Shown here piece after piece: positions 37,830 to 47,314 of a DNA stretch of 64,000 bases. The notes beneath the pieces were generated by a model. The model worked only from the letters and a program-made list of their open reading frames with translations, searched no databases and was not told where the DNA came from. Origin of the DNA: an uncultured Omnitrophica bacterium (GTDB taxonomy: Bacteria; Omnitrophota; Gorgyraeia; JACQQV01); contig CAMTXH010000006.1 of NCBI GenBank assembly GCA_947085655.1, forward strand, positions 6,498-70,497, read 5' to 3'. The first letter of the stretch is position 1; every line of letters starts with the position of its first letter. Both the position numbers and the translations under genes were made by a program.

Positions 37830-38803
37830 GGAAGAGACGCCTGAAGAGACCGGATTCTTCGCGAAAGAAGATGAAAAAGGAGTTTCGGATTCACATGATC
37901 CTCCAGCATCTCCCGCGCCTCAAGAAGCGCTTCAAGGGCTTTCTCCAGGCGCTCCTTGGTCCAGTGCGACGCTTCTTTCTCCAGGTCGGAGAGCTGATCC
38001 CCGTGAAAAAGGAGCGACCGGGCACCCATCTCCTTGAAGACCCAAAGGTCCCGATACCAACTGGTCAAAAGATCGAGTGTTTCGAAGAGCTCCTCTTTGT
38101 TCTTGAAGGCCTCCCGTTCCTCATCGATATGGAAGGCCCGTTCCAGAAAATGCTTCAAGGTCTCCTGTTTTTGCTTTAAAAAATCTTCTTTCATGGAAAG
38201 GGCTTTGCCGAGACTTCCGTGGCAGAGTCTAGAAAGAGTCAGGCAGTTCTCCGCCGAAAGATCCAGCGCCGTTTTCAGATATTTCTGAATGACCGCATCC
38301 GGGATCGGTCCGAACCGGATGATTTTACACCGGGAAAGAACCGTCGGAAGAACTCCCTCGCTCCTGACCGCCGTCAGAATCACAAGGCTCCCCGGCGGGG
38401 TCTCCTCCAGCATCTTGAGAAAAGCGTTCTGCGCCTCTTCCGTAGCTCGTTCCGCCTCAACCAGAACCGCAATCCGCCGCCTCCCTTCCCAGGGTCGGAA
38501 GCCGATTTCCCGTTTTAACTCCCGGATCGTCTCAATCGAATGTTGGGTCTCCCCTTTGGGGAGGATCCATAAGATATCCGGATGGATCCCATTTTCAATC
38601 TTCCGGCAGGAAAGACATTGGTCGCAACTGTCTCCTTTCCCGGTATCGCAATTGACTGCCTTGGCGATCTCTTTAGCCGCAAGCCTCTTTCCGACCCCTT
38701 CTGGTCCGAGGAATAGATAAGTCCCTGAAAGACCGTTTTGGGCGACCGCCTTCTTCAGCGTCTCCACGGCAAAGGCCTGCCCCACAATATCACGGAAGGA
38801 CAC
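37826..38803 (-). CDS. holB: DNA polymerase III delta' subunit
   Basis: AAA+ fold with GPEGVGKRLAAKEIA and a C-x2-C zinc module, 325 aa. Confidence 0.75.
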   Translation of the reverse strand: MSFRDIVGQAFAVETLKKAVAQNGLSGTYLFLGPEGVGKRLAAKEIAKAVNCDTGKGDSCDQCLSCRKIENGIHPDILWILPKGETQHSIETIRELKREIGFRPWEGRRRIAVLVEAERATEEAQNAFLKMLEETPPGSLVILTAVRSEGVLPTVLSRCKIIRFGPIPDAVIQKYLKTALDLSAENCLTLSRLCHGSLGKALSMKEDFLKQKQETLKHFLERAFHIDEEREAFKNKEELFETLDLLTSWYRDLWVFKEMGARSLLFHGDQLSDLEKEASHWTKERLEKALEALLEAREMLEDHVNPKLLFHLLSRRIRSLQASLP

Positions 38804-39425
38804 GTAAAACCTCCTTCCAGACCCGCTCCCTCACTGCCTCGAGAGAAATAGGGGGGATGAATCGGATCCGCTTCGGCTCTGTCCGGACAATTTTCAGGTA
38901 TCCGCGACGGACCTTTTCATGAAACCGGAGCGGTTTTCCCTCCATCCGGTCAAACAGCCGCTTCCGGCGGAGCCGCCGCAGTCCTTCCCGGCTCGACACA
39001 TCCAAAAGAAAAGTAAGATCCGGTTTGAGACCCTGACAGGCAAACGCATCGATTTTCCGAATCAACCCGTTTGCAACCCCTCCCGCCGCTCCTTGATAGA
39101 CGCGCGTCGCATCGGAGAAACGGTCGCAGATCACAATCTTCCCTTTCTTGAGAGCAGGGAGAATCACCTCCTGCACCAAAGAGGCGCGGCAGGTTTCATA
39201 AAGGAGCGTCTCCGATAAAGCACTGAGCCGCTTGTACCGGCGGTCAAGGAGAAGTCCCCGGATCTCCTCCGCAATCGGAGAGCCGCCCGGGTCCCTGGTC
39301 AAAACAACCGGGTACCCCTTCCCTTTGAGCATCCGCGCCAAAAGATGCGCCTGGGTCGTCTTTCCGCACCCCTCGGGACCGTCGAAGGTGATGAAAAGCC
39401 CTTTTTTTATCTTGCGCGGCGCCAT
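38790..39425 (-). CDS. tmk: Thymidylate kinase
   Basis: FITFDGPEGCGKTTQ P-loop, 211 aa. Confidence 0.9.
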   Translation of the reverse strand: MAPRKIKKGLFITFDGPEGCGKTTQAHLLARMLKGKGYPVVLTRDPGGSPIAEEIRGLLLDRRYKRLSALSETLLYETCRASLVQEVILPALKKGKIVICDRFSDATRVYQGAAGGVANGLIRKIDAFACQGLKPDLTFLLDVSSREGLRRLRRKRLFDRMEGKPLRFHEKVRRGYLKIVRTEPKRIRFIPPISLEAVRERVWKEVLRVLP

Positions 39426-40798
39426 ACTGTTTTTCCTTTTTCATCCTCCAGAATGATTCCCTGACCGAGAAGCTCTTTCCGGAGCCGGTCCGCTTTCTTG
39501 AAATCTCCCTTTTTCCGCGCTGCATCTCTTTCGAAAATCTTTTTTTCAATATCGGGAGCCAAAGTCTCTTCTTTCTTTGGAGGAAAAACCCCCAAAACAG
39601 AAAGGATCTCTCCCAAAAGGGCTCCTTCCTCTTTGACCTCCATCCCTGGTACGGCCTGATTGGCCATTGCTCTATTGCAACGGGTCAGAAGTTCATGAGC
39701 CACCGAAAGGGCCTCCGGCGTATTCAAATCGTCATCCATCGCTTCCAAAAAGGCCTTGGCTAAGGGATGTTTTTCCTCCCGGAGCATTTTGCCGGACGGA
39801 ACGGGATTTTTTTTGAAAAAAATTTCAAAACTTTGGTATGTCCGTTTTGCTTCCTCCAACCTCTCCCACGAAAAATCGAGGGGGTTTCGATAGTGGGTCT
39901 GCAAAAAGTAAAACCGGATCGTCTCGGGGGAGGCCTTCTCGAAAATTTCCTTTAGCGTGATGAAATTCCCGAGCGATTTGGACATCTTCTGGCCGTTCAC
40001 CGTCACAAGGCCGTTGTGCATCCAAAGCGTTGCAAAAGACCGTCCCGCCCCCTCCGCCTGGGCCCTTTCATTCTCATGATGCGGGAAAATCAGGTCAAGC
40101 CCTCCGCCGTGAATCACAAACGGAACGCCCCTTTTCCGGAAAATATCCGTACTCATGGTGGAACATTCGATGTGCCAGCCGGGGCGTCCTTCTCCCCAAT
40201 CGCTCGACCATGCCGGTTCCTCCGGCTTGGCCGATTTCCAGAGGGCAAAATCGAGCGGATGGCGCTTGTTTTCCGCCGGTTCCCCCCGGGTCCCTTCCAG
40301 CATCTCATCCGGATTCCGTCTGGACAGCTTTCCGTAGGAAGGGGCTTTCTTGACATCAAAATAGACATCCCCTCCCGCCACATACCCCGCGCCGCGGTCC
40401 AGGATTTCCCGGATCATCTCCTGCATCGCCTCAATGTATTCGGTCGCCTTCGGCTCCACGGTGGGAGGGTTGACCCCGAGACGCCCCAAGTCCGAGTGAT
40501 AAAGGGAAAGGTACCGTTCGGAGACAGCCCGGACCGATTGTTTCAGGTTCCCCCTTTCCTTCCGGGCCCGCTCGATAATCTTGTCATCCACATCCGTGAC
40601 ATTCCGGACAAAATCAACGGTGTATCCCCGGAAGGCAAGATACCGCCGGATCATGTCGAAGACAAAAGCAGAACGGGCATGGCCGATATGGGACTCGTCG
40701 TAAACCGTCGGACCGCAGACATACATCCCGAGCTTTTTGTCGGGTGCATGGGTTTCCAGGGATTCTTTGGCCCGCGTGAGCGTGTTGTAGAGGCGCAT
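39407..40798 (-). CDS. cysS: Cysteine--tRNA ligase
   Basis: YVCGPTVYDESHIGHARS HIGH motif, KMSKS motif, 463 aa. Confidence 0.9.
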   Translation of the reverse strand: MRLYNTLTRAKESLETHAPDKKLGMYVCGPTVYDESHIGHARSAFVFDMIRRYLAFRGYTVDFVRNVTDVDDKIIERARKERGNLKQSVRAVSERYLSLYHSDLGRLGVNPPTVEPKATEYIEAMQEMIREILDRGAGYVAGGDVYFDVKKAPSYGKLSRRNPDEMLEGTRGEPAENKRHPLDFALWKSAKPEEPAWSSDWGEGRPGWHIECSTMSTDIFRKRGVPFVIHGGGLDLIFPHHENERAQAEGAGRSFATLWMHNGLVTVNGQKMSKSLGNFITLKEIFEKASPETIRFYFLQTHYRNPLDFSWERLEEAKRTYQSFEIFFKKNPVPSGKMLREEKHPLAKAFLEAMDDDLNTPEALSVAHELLTRCNRAMANQAVPGMEVKEEGALLGEILSVLGVFPPKKEETLAPDIEKKIFERDAARKKGDFKKADRLRKELLGQGIILEDEKGKTVWRRAR

Positions 40799-40813
40799 GA
40801 TCAGGGGGGCTCG

Positions 40814-41515
40814 CTACTTCTGGGCGTGTTTACGCCAGTCCTTCATCTGGTGCTCGATGGTATCGATTTCGTGTTGGAGTTTTTCCAAGGCCTGGGCCAT
40901 CGGGTCGGGAAGATTGGTATGATCCAGATTGATGCCGGGGAACTGCTTTCCGGCCGTCTTCACCACGCGTCCCGGCACACCCACGACGGTGGAGTGGGGA
41001 GGAACGTCCCGGATCACGACCGCATTGGCGCCGATCTGGCTGTCATCGCCGATCGTGATGCTCCCGAGCACTTTTGCGCCGGCACCGACCACCACCCGGT
41101 TCCCGAGAGTGGGGTGTCGTTTCCCCCGTTCCTTCCCGGTCCCGCCCAGCGTCACCCCCTGAAAGAGGGTAACATCCTCTCCGAGCTCTGCCGTCTCCCC
41201 GATCACAACACCCATCCCGTGGTCGATAAAGCACCGTTTTCCGATCTTGGCGCCCGGATGAATTTCAATGCCGGTCAAGGAACGGGCCAGTTGCGATAAA
41301 AAGCGCGGGAGAAACGGGATTTTCCAGAGATAAAGGAGATGGGTGATTCGATGGACGATCAGGGCATGAAGTCCCGAATAGGTCAGGACAACCTCAAAGA
41401 AATTCGTCGCGGCCGGATCCCGTTCAAAGGCGGCCTGTACCTCTTGCCGGAAAAGACCCGCGACGGCGAAAAGACCCACCAGAAAAACGATCAAGATACC
41501 CAGCAAAATTTCCAT
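40814..41515 (-). CDS. cysE: Serine O-acetyltransferase
   Basis: SATase N-terminal domain (DPAATNFFEVVLTYSGLHAL) plus left-handed beta-helix hexapeptide repeats. The N-terminal 20 aa of the ORF may be over-called. Confidence 0.8.
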   Translation of the reverse strand: MEILLGILIVFLVGLFAVAGLFRQEVQAAFERDPAATNFFEVVLTYSGLHALIVHRITHLLYLWKIPFLPRFLSQLARSLTGIEIHPGAKIGKRCFIDHGMGVVIGETAELGEDVTLFQGVTLGGTGKERGKRHPTLGNRVVVGAGAKVLGSITIGDDSQIGANAVVIRDVPPHSTVVGVPGRVVKTAGKQFPGINLDHTNLPDPMAQALEKLQHEIDTIEHQMKDWRKHAQK

Positions 41516-41528
41516 TGTTCCCTACCGT

Positions 41529-42008
41529 TTAAATTTCTTTGTTGATGACGGAAACGATTGCGTAACTAGCGATCCCCTCCGAGCGTCCCAGAAATCCGAG
41601 TCCCTCGGTTGATTTCGCCTTGACGTTCACCTGCGCTTCCGTAAGCTGCAGGGTCTCGGCCAGTTTCTTTCGAATCGCCCCCTTAAACGGCGCCAGTTTC
41701 GGCTCTTCCGCAATCACCACCGTGTCAATGTTCACAATCTCAAATCCCTTTTCGGTCATTCGTCTCAAAACCCGCTTCAAGAGTTCCAGACTCGAAATAT
41801 CCTTATAGGCGACGTCTGAATCCGGAAAATGTTCGCCCATATCCCCCTCGCCGCAGGCGCCGAGAAGGGCATCGCAGATGGCGTGGGAGAGGACGTCCGC
41901 ATCCGAATGACCCTCTAACCCCTTTTCAAACGGAATTTCGATTCCTCCCAGAACCAGGGGCCTATTTTCGGTCATCTCATGAACGTCGAACCCTATCCCC
42001 AGACGCAT
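41529..42008 (-). CDS. ispF: 2-C-methyl-D-erythritol 2,4-cyclodiphosphate synthase
   Basis: [40 protein letters not shown]. Confidence 0.9.
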   Translation of the reverse strand: MRLGIGFDVHEMTENRPLVLGGIEIPFEKGLEGHSDADVLSHAICDALLGACGEGDMGEHFPDSDVAYKDISSLELLKRVLRRMTEKGFEIVNIDTVVIAEEPKLAPFKGAIRKKLAETLQLTEAQVNVKAKSTEGLGFLGRSEGIASYAIVSVINKEI

Positions 42009-42700
42009 GGTTTATCCCCTTCGGATCCCAATAAACTTTCGCAGAACCGCCACTCCTCCCGCGTTGTAATTTTGATGTTCCGCGGGTCGCCGGGAACGAG
42101 AAAGACCTTTTTTCCCAGACGTTCCAACAAAATGGCGCAATCCGTGACCGAGTTTCCACGGCTCCGTTTCGCCTTAAGATATCCTTCCAGCAAAAGCGAC
42201 TTCCGGAAAATTTGAGGCGTTTGAATCTCCCAAAGCTGATCCCGGAGAAGGGTTTCTTTCACAAAACGTCCCCTCCCCCGCTTGACGGTGGAATGGATTG
42301 GAAGCGCCGGAATTGCTGCGCCGTACCGTCGAGCGGCGCGCGCCACCCGTTGGATCAAGGCCCCACTCAACAGAGGCCGGGCCCCATCATGTACCAGGAT
42401 GAACTCTGTATCAGGCGAAAGCCGCTTGAGTCCCCTCCAGACCGATTCAAATCGGCTCGGTCCACCCGGGCAGATGGTTCTCACTTTGCGGAGCCCGAAT
42501 GCCCGGATCAACCGGCCCGCCAGGGGGATGCGGGAACGGCGGACAACCAGGATGATGTCCCGGACAAGCGGCGAACGTTCGAGCGCCAAAAGGGCATGGG
42601 CCAGGATTGGTTTCCGGTCGAGGAGAAGATAGGGCTTTTCAAAAGATGTTTTCATCCGCCTCGATTTCCCGGCGGCGGGGACGATGGCGGTAAGGGTCAT
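41993..42700 (-). CDS. ispD: 2-C-methyl-D-erythritol 4-phosphate cytidylyltransferase
   Basis: [12 protein letters not shown] nucleotidyltransferase motif, 235 aa. Forms the conserved ispDF pair. Confidence 0.85.
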   Translation of the reverse strand: MTLTAIVPAAGKSRRMKTSFEKPYLLLDRKPILAHALLALERSPLVRDIILVVRRSRIPLAGRLIRAFGLRKVRTICPGGPSRFESVWRGLKRLSPDTEFILVHDGARPLLSGALIQRVARAARRYGAAIPALPIHSTVKRGRGRFVKETLLRDQLWEIQTPQIFRKSLLLEGYLKAKRSRGNSVTDCAILLERLGKKVFLVPGDPRNIKITTREEWRFCESLLGSEGDKPCVWG

Positions 42701-42708
42701 CCGAATCC

Positions 42709-43710
42709 TTACCGATGATCTTCTACCTTCGCAAAGACCATCCGGCCCGCCGTGGTCTGGAGGACACTCGTCACCATCACCTTCAGGGTTTGGCCGATCA
42801 GCCGTCGGCCGTTATCCACCACCACCATGGTTCCGTCGTCCAGATAGGCCACTCCCTGATTGTACTCCTTCCCCTCCTTGATGAGCTTCACATCCATCAC
42901 CTCGCCCGGAAGGACGACCGGTTTCAGGGCATTAGCCAGTTCATTGACGTTGAAGACGGTGATCCCCTGCAGTTCGGCGATTTTGTTGAGATTGAAATCG
43001 TTGGTGAAGATCTTGCCCCCAAGTATTTTCGCAAGTTTCACCAGTTTCGCATCCACTTCCGGAATCTCCGGGAAGTCCTCATCCGAAATCCGGACATCGA
43101 CGTGGGTGTTCTTCCGGATTTTATTCAGAATGTCCAGCCCCCGCCGTCCGCGGTTGCGCTTCAGAGAATCCGAAGAATCCGCAATCTGCTGAATTTCCCT
43201 CAGGATAAACTTCGGGACGACGAACCGGCCCTCGATGAATTTTGTCTGACAGATGTCGGCAATCCGTCCGTCGATGATCACGCTTGTATCGAGAAGAATC
43301 ACATCGTCGTTGCGGTCCTGACGGCTGAATTTCACATACGGGATGATGAGGTTGAACTCATCCCGACCCCGCATCGCCATCACCATGCCGAGATAGCAGA
43401 AGACAAGCGTCAGAATCACCTGCAGAGTCAGTAACACCTCCTCCCCGAGCGGCACAATGATGAACGCCCCCGCAAGCAATTTTGCCAGAAGGAGCCCGAA
43501 GACGAGTCCGAACACGGCAGCGGAAAGACCCCGGACACTCACATTGCGCATCGCCAGCTCAAAAACAACCACAATCGTTGATACGACGAGGCCTATGCCC
43601 GCACCGATGAACGCCCACATTTCATTAAGACCTTGTAAAAGACTCCCCAACTGATACCCCACAAAAACACTGACCAGAATGAAAAAAAGACGGACAATCG
43701 TAAGAGACAT
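42709..43710 (-). CDS. yacL: PIN/TRAM-domain membrane protein (YacL-like)
   Basis: N-terminal TM helices, a PIN domain ([13 protein letters not shown]) and a C-terminal TRAM domain. Conserved neighbour of ispDF. Confidence 0.7.
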   Translation of the reverse strand: MSLTIVRLFFILVSVFVGYQLGSLLQGLNEMWAFIGAGIGLVVSTIVVVFELAMRNVSVRGLSAAVFGLVFGLLLAKLLAGAFIIVPLGEEVLLTLQVILTLVFCYLGMVMAMRGRDEFNLIIPYVKFSRQDRNDDVILLDTSVIIDGRIADICQTKFIEGRFVVPKFILREIQQIADSSDSLKRNRGRRGLDILNKIRKNTHVDVRISDEDFPEIPEVDAKLVKLAKILGGKIFTNDFNLNKIAELQGITVFNVNELANALKPVVLPGEVMDVKLIKEGKEYNQGVAYLDDGTMVVVDNGRRLIGQTLKVMVTSVLQTTAGRMVFAKVEDHR

Positions 43711-43715
43711 CTTTC

Positions 43716-44393
43716 CTACCTCCTTCTTCCGATGAAGCCCTGGTTGCCGCTTTTCTCTTTGTCCGAGTCCTCCTCTTTACCGCGACGCAGCAGCTTCCAG
43801 GGATGACGCCGGATGTCCTCAATAAATTCTTCGAGAGAAAGGTACAACGCATCATTCATTAAAAGTTTCCCGAGAGTCCCCTCCCCCTGCTCCACCTGAC
43901 TCATGATGCGATGAAGGGAGTCGGCGGAATCCTCCAGACGGCCGACCAATAGATACCCCCTCTCGAGCAGTTCATCCATCGAGACGGGGTCGACTCCTTC
44001 GAGACGTTCTCCCTCCTGAAGAAACCGATCGGCATGTTCCCCGGGGTAGATATCCACAAATTTTTCCCCCAATAGCCCCAACGTCTTAATCCTGGCTTCG
44101 GAATTATGAGAAACCAACGTTCCCTCCCGGAGCCAGACCAAAAGGTCCACATGCGTTTTTCCTTCCTCGATCCGGACGGATACTCCCTTGACCTCCCCCG
44201 AAATCACACCCGCTACATGGACCGGTGCCCCGATTTCAAGGCCGTGGGCGCTCTTAAACCGGAGGGTCAGGGTATAGCCGGGGTTCAGAAGGTAAAAATC
44301 GCCGATCGAAAAAACAATCATGAAAAGAATCAAGAGTCCGATAAATGCAAACAGTCCCACCTTCAACTCAAAGTTTGATTGCTTTGCCGCCAT
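43716..44393 (-). CDS. mlaD: MCE-domain protein, MlaD-like (outer-membrane lipid asymmetry system)
   Basis: Start at ATG 44393 ([24 protein letters not shown]...) with a GGAG site upstream. Single TM plus MCE domain. Confidence 0.75.
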   Translation of the reverse strand: MAAKQSNFELKVGLFAFIGLLILFMIVFSIGDFYLLNPGYTLTLRFKSAHGLEIGAPVHVAGVISGEVKGVSVRIEEGKTHVDLLVWLREGTLVSHNSEARIKTLGLLGEKFVDIYPGEHADRFLQEGERLEGVDPVSMDELLERGYLLVGRLEDSADSLHRIMSQVEQGEGTLGKLLMNDALYLSLEEFIEDIRRHPWKLLRRGKEEDSDKEKSGNQGFIGRRR

Positions 44394-44403
44394 ATCGGTT
44401 CTC

Positions 44404-45153
44404 CTATTGTCCCTCGGTAATTGGGCCGACTGCGGCCCCTGTGATAAATTGGCGCACGATCGGATTCCGGCTGTTCCGGATCTGATCTGGTGCCCCGATT
44501 TCAATAATTTTCCCTTCATACAGCATGGCAATACGGGTCGCGATCTTATAGGCGCTCGTCATGTCATGGGTTACCACGACGGAAGTCACTTTCAGTTTGT
44601 CATGAAGTTCGAGAATCAGATCATTGATGGCATCCCCCATGATCGGGTCCACACCGGTCGTCGGCTCATCATACAACATGATCTGGGGATTCCGGATGAT
44701 CGCCCGGGCAAGCCCCACACGCTTGCGCATCCCGCCGGAAAGCTCTGACGGCTTCATCTCCTCAATTCCTTTGAGCCCCACCGTTTGAAGGGCTTCTCGA
44801 ACACGGGCGGCGATTGATTCCTCATCGAGAGTGGTGTGCTCCGTCAGGGAAAAACCGACATTTTCTCCGATGCTCAAAGAATCAAAAAGGGCCGCCCCTT
44901 GAAAGAGCATTCCGAATTTGAACCGGATTCTCTCCATCTCTCTTCCCTTGGCCCGGGTGACATCCTCTCCGTCCACCAGAATCTGTCCGTTTTCCGGCCG
45001 CATCAATCCGATGATATGCTTCAAAAGGACGCTTTTCCCGCATCCGGATCGCCCGATGACAACCAGGGTCTCTCCTTTCTCAATAGTGAGGTTTAACTTC
45101 CGGAGAACGGGCTTTCGGTTGAACGACTTCGTCAGATTGATAATCTCGATCAT
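44404..45153 (-). CDS. mlaF: ABC transporter ATP-binding protein, MlaF-like
   Basis: Walker A GRSGCGKS, signature LSGGMRKR, 249 aa. Confidence 0.8.
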   Translation of the reverse strand: MIEIINLTKSFNRKPVLRKLNLTIEKGETLVVIGRSGCGKSVLLKHIIGLMRPENGQILVDGEDVTRAKGREMERIRFKFGMLFQGAALFDSLSIGENVGFSLTEHTTLDEESIAARVREALQTVGLKGIEEMKPSELSGGMRKRVGLARAIIRNPQIMLYDEPTTGVDPIMGDAINDLILELHDKLKVTSVVVTHDMTSAYKIATRIAMLYEGKIIEIGAPDQIRNSRNPIVRQFITGAAVGPITEGQ

Positions 45154-45942
45154 TTAAAAGGCGAAGTAGAAAAGTGTGGTGAACAAACAGTCCGCCGCAA
45201 TAATCAAAATGAACGAAATCACAACCGCAAGCGTCGTCGCCCGTCCCACCCCCTCCGCCCCCCCTTCGACGCGGAAGCCTTCAAAACAGCCGACGATGGC
45301 GATGATGATTCCGAAGAAGACCGACTTCACCAACCCGGTCAGGACGTCTTTCAAAAGGAGCGGTTCATACGTCATCCGCCAATAAAGACTCGAACCGATC
45401 CCCAACTTATACACGCCAAAAAGGTAACCGCCGAGAATCCCGATGTAGTCGGCATAGACGGTCAGGATCGGCAGCATGAAAACGGTCGCCAAAAAGCGGG
45501 GAACCACCAGATACTTGATCGGATTGGCCGCCAACGTTTCAAGGGCGTCGATCTGTTCCGTAACCTTCATGGTACCGAGCTCCGCCGCAATCGCCGCACC
45601 GACTCGTCCGGCAACCACGAGTGCGGTAATGACCGGTCCGATTTCACGCGTCACGGATAAAGACACGAGACTCGGAATATAGATATCCGCCGAGAGTTTT
45701 TGCAGTTGATAAGCACTTTGGAGCGCAAGGACGATGCCGATAAAAAGGGCGATGAGTGAAACGATCGGGAGACTGTCCCACCCGATCACGCTCATCTGAT
45801 GAATGATCCGCCGCCACTTGAGCGGGGGGATAAAAACCCATAAAAGGGTCTGGACAAAAAGGGAGACTGCTCCTCCGGTATATTCGAGAAAGGCGATAAA
45901 CCGTGACCCGATTCCCGTCCAAACTTCCAGGATCCGCCGCAT
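45154..45942 (-). CDS. mlaE: ABC transporter permease, MlaE-like
   Basis: 262 aa, MlaE-type multi-TM permease. Confidence 0.8.
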   Translation of the reverse strand: MRRILEVWTGIGSRFIAFLEYTGGAVSLFVQTLLWVFIPPLKWRRIIHQMSVIGWDSLPIVSLIALFIGIVLALQSAYQLQKLSADIYIPSLVSLSVTREIGPVITALVVAGRVGAAIAAELGTMKVTEQIDALETLAANPIKYLVVPRFLATVFMLPILTVYADYIGILGGYLFGVYKLGIGSSLYWRMTYEPLLLKDVLTGLVKSVFFGIIIAIVGCFEGFRVEGGAEGVGRATTLAVVISFILIIAADCLFTTLFYFAF

Positions 45943-45949
45943 CGTTTTC

Positions 45950-47314
45950 CTAAAATTTCAGTTGATGTTCAAGCCCGAAGAATTCTTCTTCGCCCTTGAG
46001 CCGGACTTTCAGGTGCTTGTCCTTGAGCAGTTTGTAGTCCATTTCCAACTCCCCCGCCTCCTCTTCCGCCGGAAACCCCTGGTTCAGAAAGGTTTTCAAC
46101 GTCACGGAGGTCGTTCCGTTTCCCTTCCCGAAGACGACCTCCTCCTCGGAGGGCTTCTGCAAGGTCATCTCTTCCCAAACAACCGCATCCGCCTCCTCCA
46201 CGGCAAGGGTCTTGTAGAATCCCTTCCTGCCGAAGGCGGAAAGGTCTACCAACCCGGAAACGGCCAAGAAGCTCTCTTTGGGAAAAACCCGTTCCAACCG
46301 GGATTCCAGCGTCAGGATCGGCCACTCTCCCTGAAAGGTGCCGTTTACCTGTTTGTAATCAATCCCCTTCCTCTTAATGACCCCGTCGTATGCAACCCCA
46401 TGACCGTTGAAGCGAAGTCTCCTGAGCGGCCCCCGCACAAACAACTTCCCCTTAAGACGCTGGGGAAGTTGGGTTAAAAAAGACTCCTCCACAAAGGGCT
46501 CAACTTCTTCCCGCCTCATCTCTGAAAATTGTACATGGGCAGCCGTTTCAAAAGGAGAAGCAAGTTTCGTCCGTCCTGAAGCGCTGACATGCTTACCGAA
46601 CGCGATCCTCCGGAAGGAAAAGACTCCTTCCGATATGGAAACATCGCCAAAGAAACGCTCGAGGGGAAATCCCCTCCACTCCAGACCGCGCGAAACCAGC
46701 TTGGCCCGTAAGGAGCGCCAAGGGGGGCGCTTATTCGGAATCAAAAGATAAAGATCACCGCTTCCGGAGAAGCTCCTTTCCTCCCCCGGCAGACTCCGGA
46801 AGAAAAGTTTTCCCTGAAAGAAAAGAGGGTTCCTCCGGAAAAGAGAAAATTGCACTTTTCCACGATTCGAATCGAGAATCCCTTCCCATTGCACCGAGTT
46901 CGGAAGAAGGGGTGACTTTGCCGAGAGTGTCCCCCCTTCAAACTTAATCCGGCCTTTCAGAGAGCTGAATGCCACGTCCTTCCAATGGGCCTTTCCGTCT
47001 TTGATGATCAAGGTGTACCGGTTTCTTTCCCTTTGAAGATGGGTCCGGTCGAGTCGGATAAATCCTCCCCCCGGAAGGGCAAACGTCAAATCCTCCAACA
47101 CGACCTCTCCCAGTGCATTGAACCGGACTTCCCCCACCGACGTTTCCAGACCGAGCGACTCTGTCAGGGTCTTCCCTGTCCAGAGACGGATTTCCTGGGC
47201 CCAGATTTCCCGCTGGCTTTCCAGGCCCCTCCAGAGACTCACTCCCCCCGCCAAAAGGACCGGAAGGATGCACAAAAAAATCGTTTTTTTCTTACGAGTC
47301 AGGCGCCGGCGCAT
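45950..47314 (-). CDS. Hypothetical membrane-anchored protein (N-terminal TM, beta-rich, K/R/E-rich), possibly a lipid-transport accessory
   Basis: 454 aa. No motif I can assign. Sits between clpC and mlaE. Confidence 0.35.
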   Translation of the reverse strand: MRRRLTRKKKTIFLCILPVLLAGGVSLWRGLESQREIWAQEIRLWTGKTLTESLGLETSVGEVRFNALGEVVLEDLTFALPGGGFIRLDRTHLQRERNRYTLIIKDGKAHWKDVAFSSLKGRIKFEGGTLSAKSPLLPNSVQWEGILDSNRGKVQFSLFRRNPLFFQGKLFFRSLPGEERSFSGSGDLYLLIPNKRPPWRSLRAKLVSRGLEWRGFPLERFFGDVSISEGVFSFRRIAFGKHVSASGRTKLASPFETAAHVQFSEMRREEVEPFVEESFLTQLPQRLKGKLFVRGPLRRLRFNGHGVAYDGVIKRKGIDYKQVNGTFQGEWPILTLESRLERVFPKESFLAVSGLVDLSAFGRKGFYKTLAVEEADAVVWEEMTLQKPSEEEVVFGKGNGTTSVTLKTFLNQGFPAEEEAGELEMDYKLLKDKHLKVRLKGEEEFFGLEHQLKF

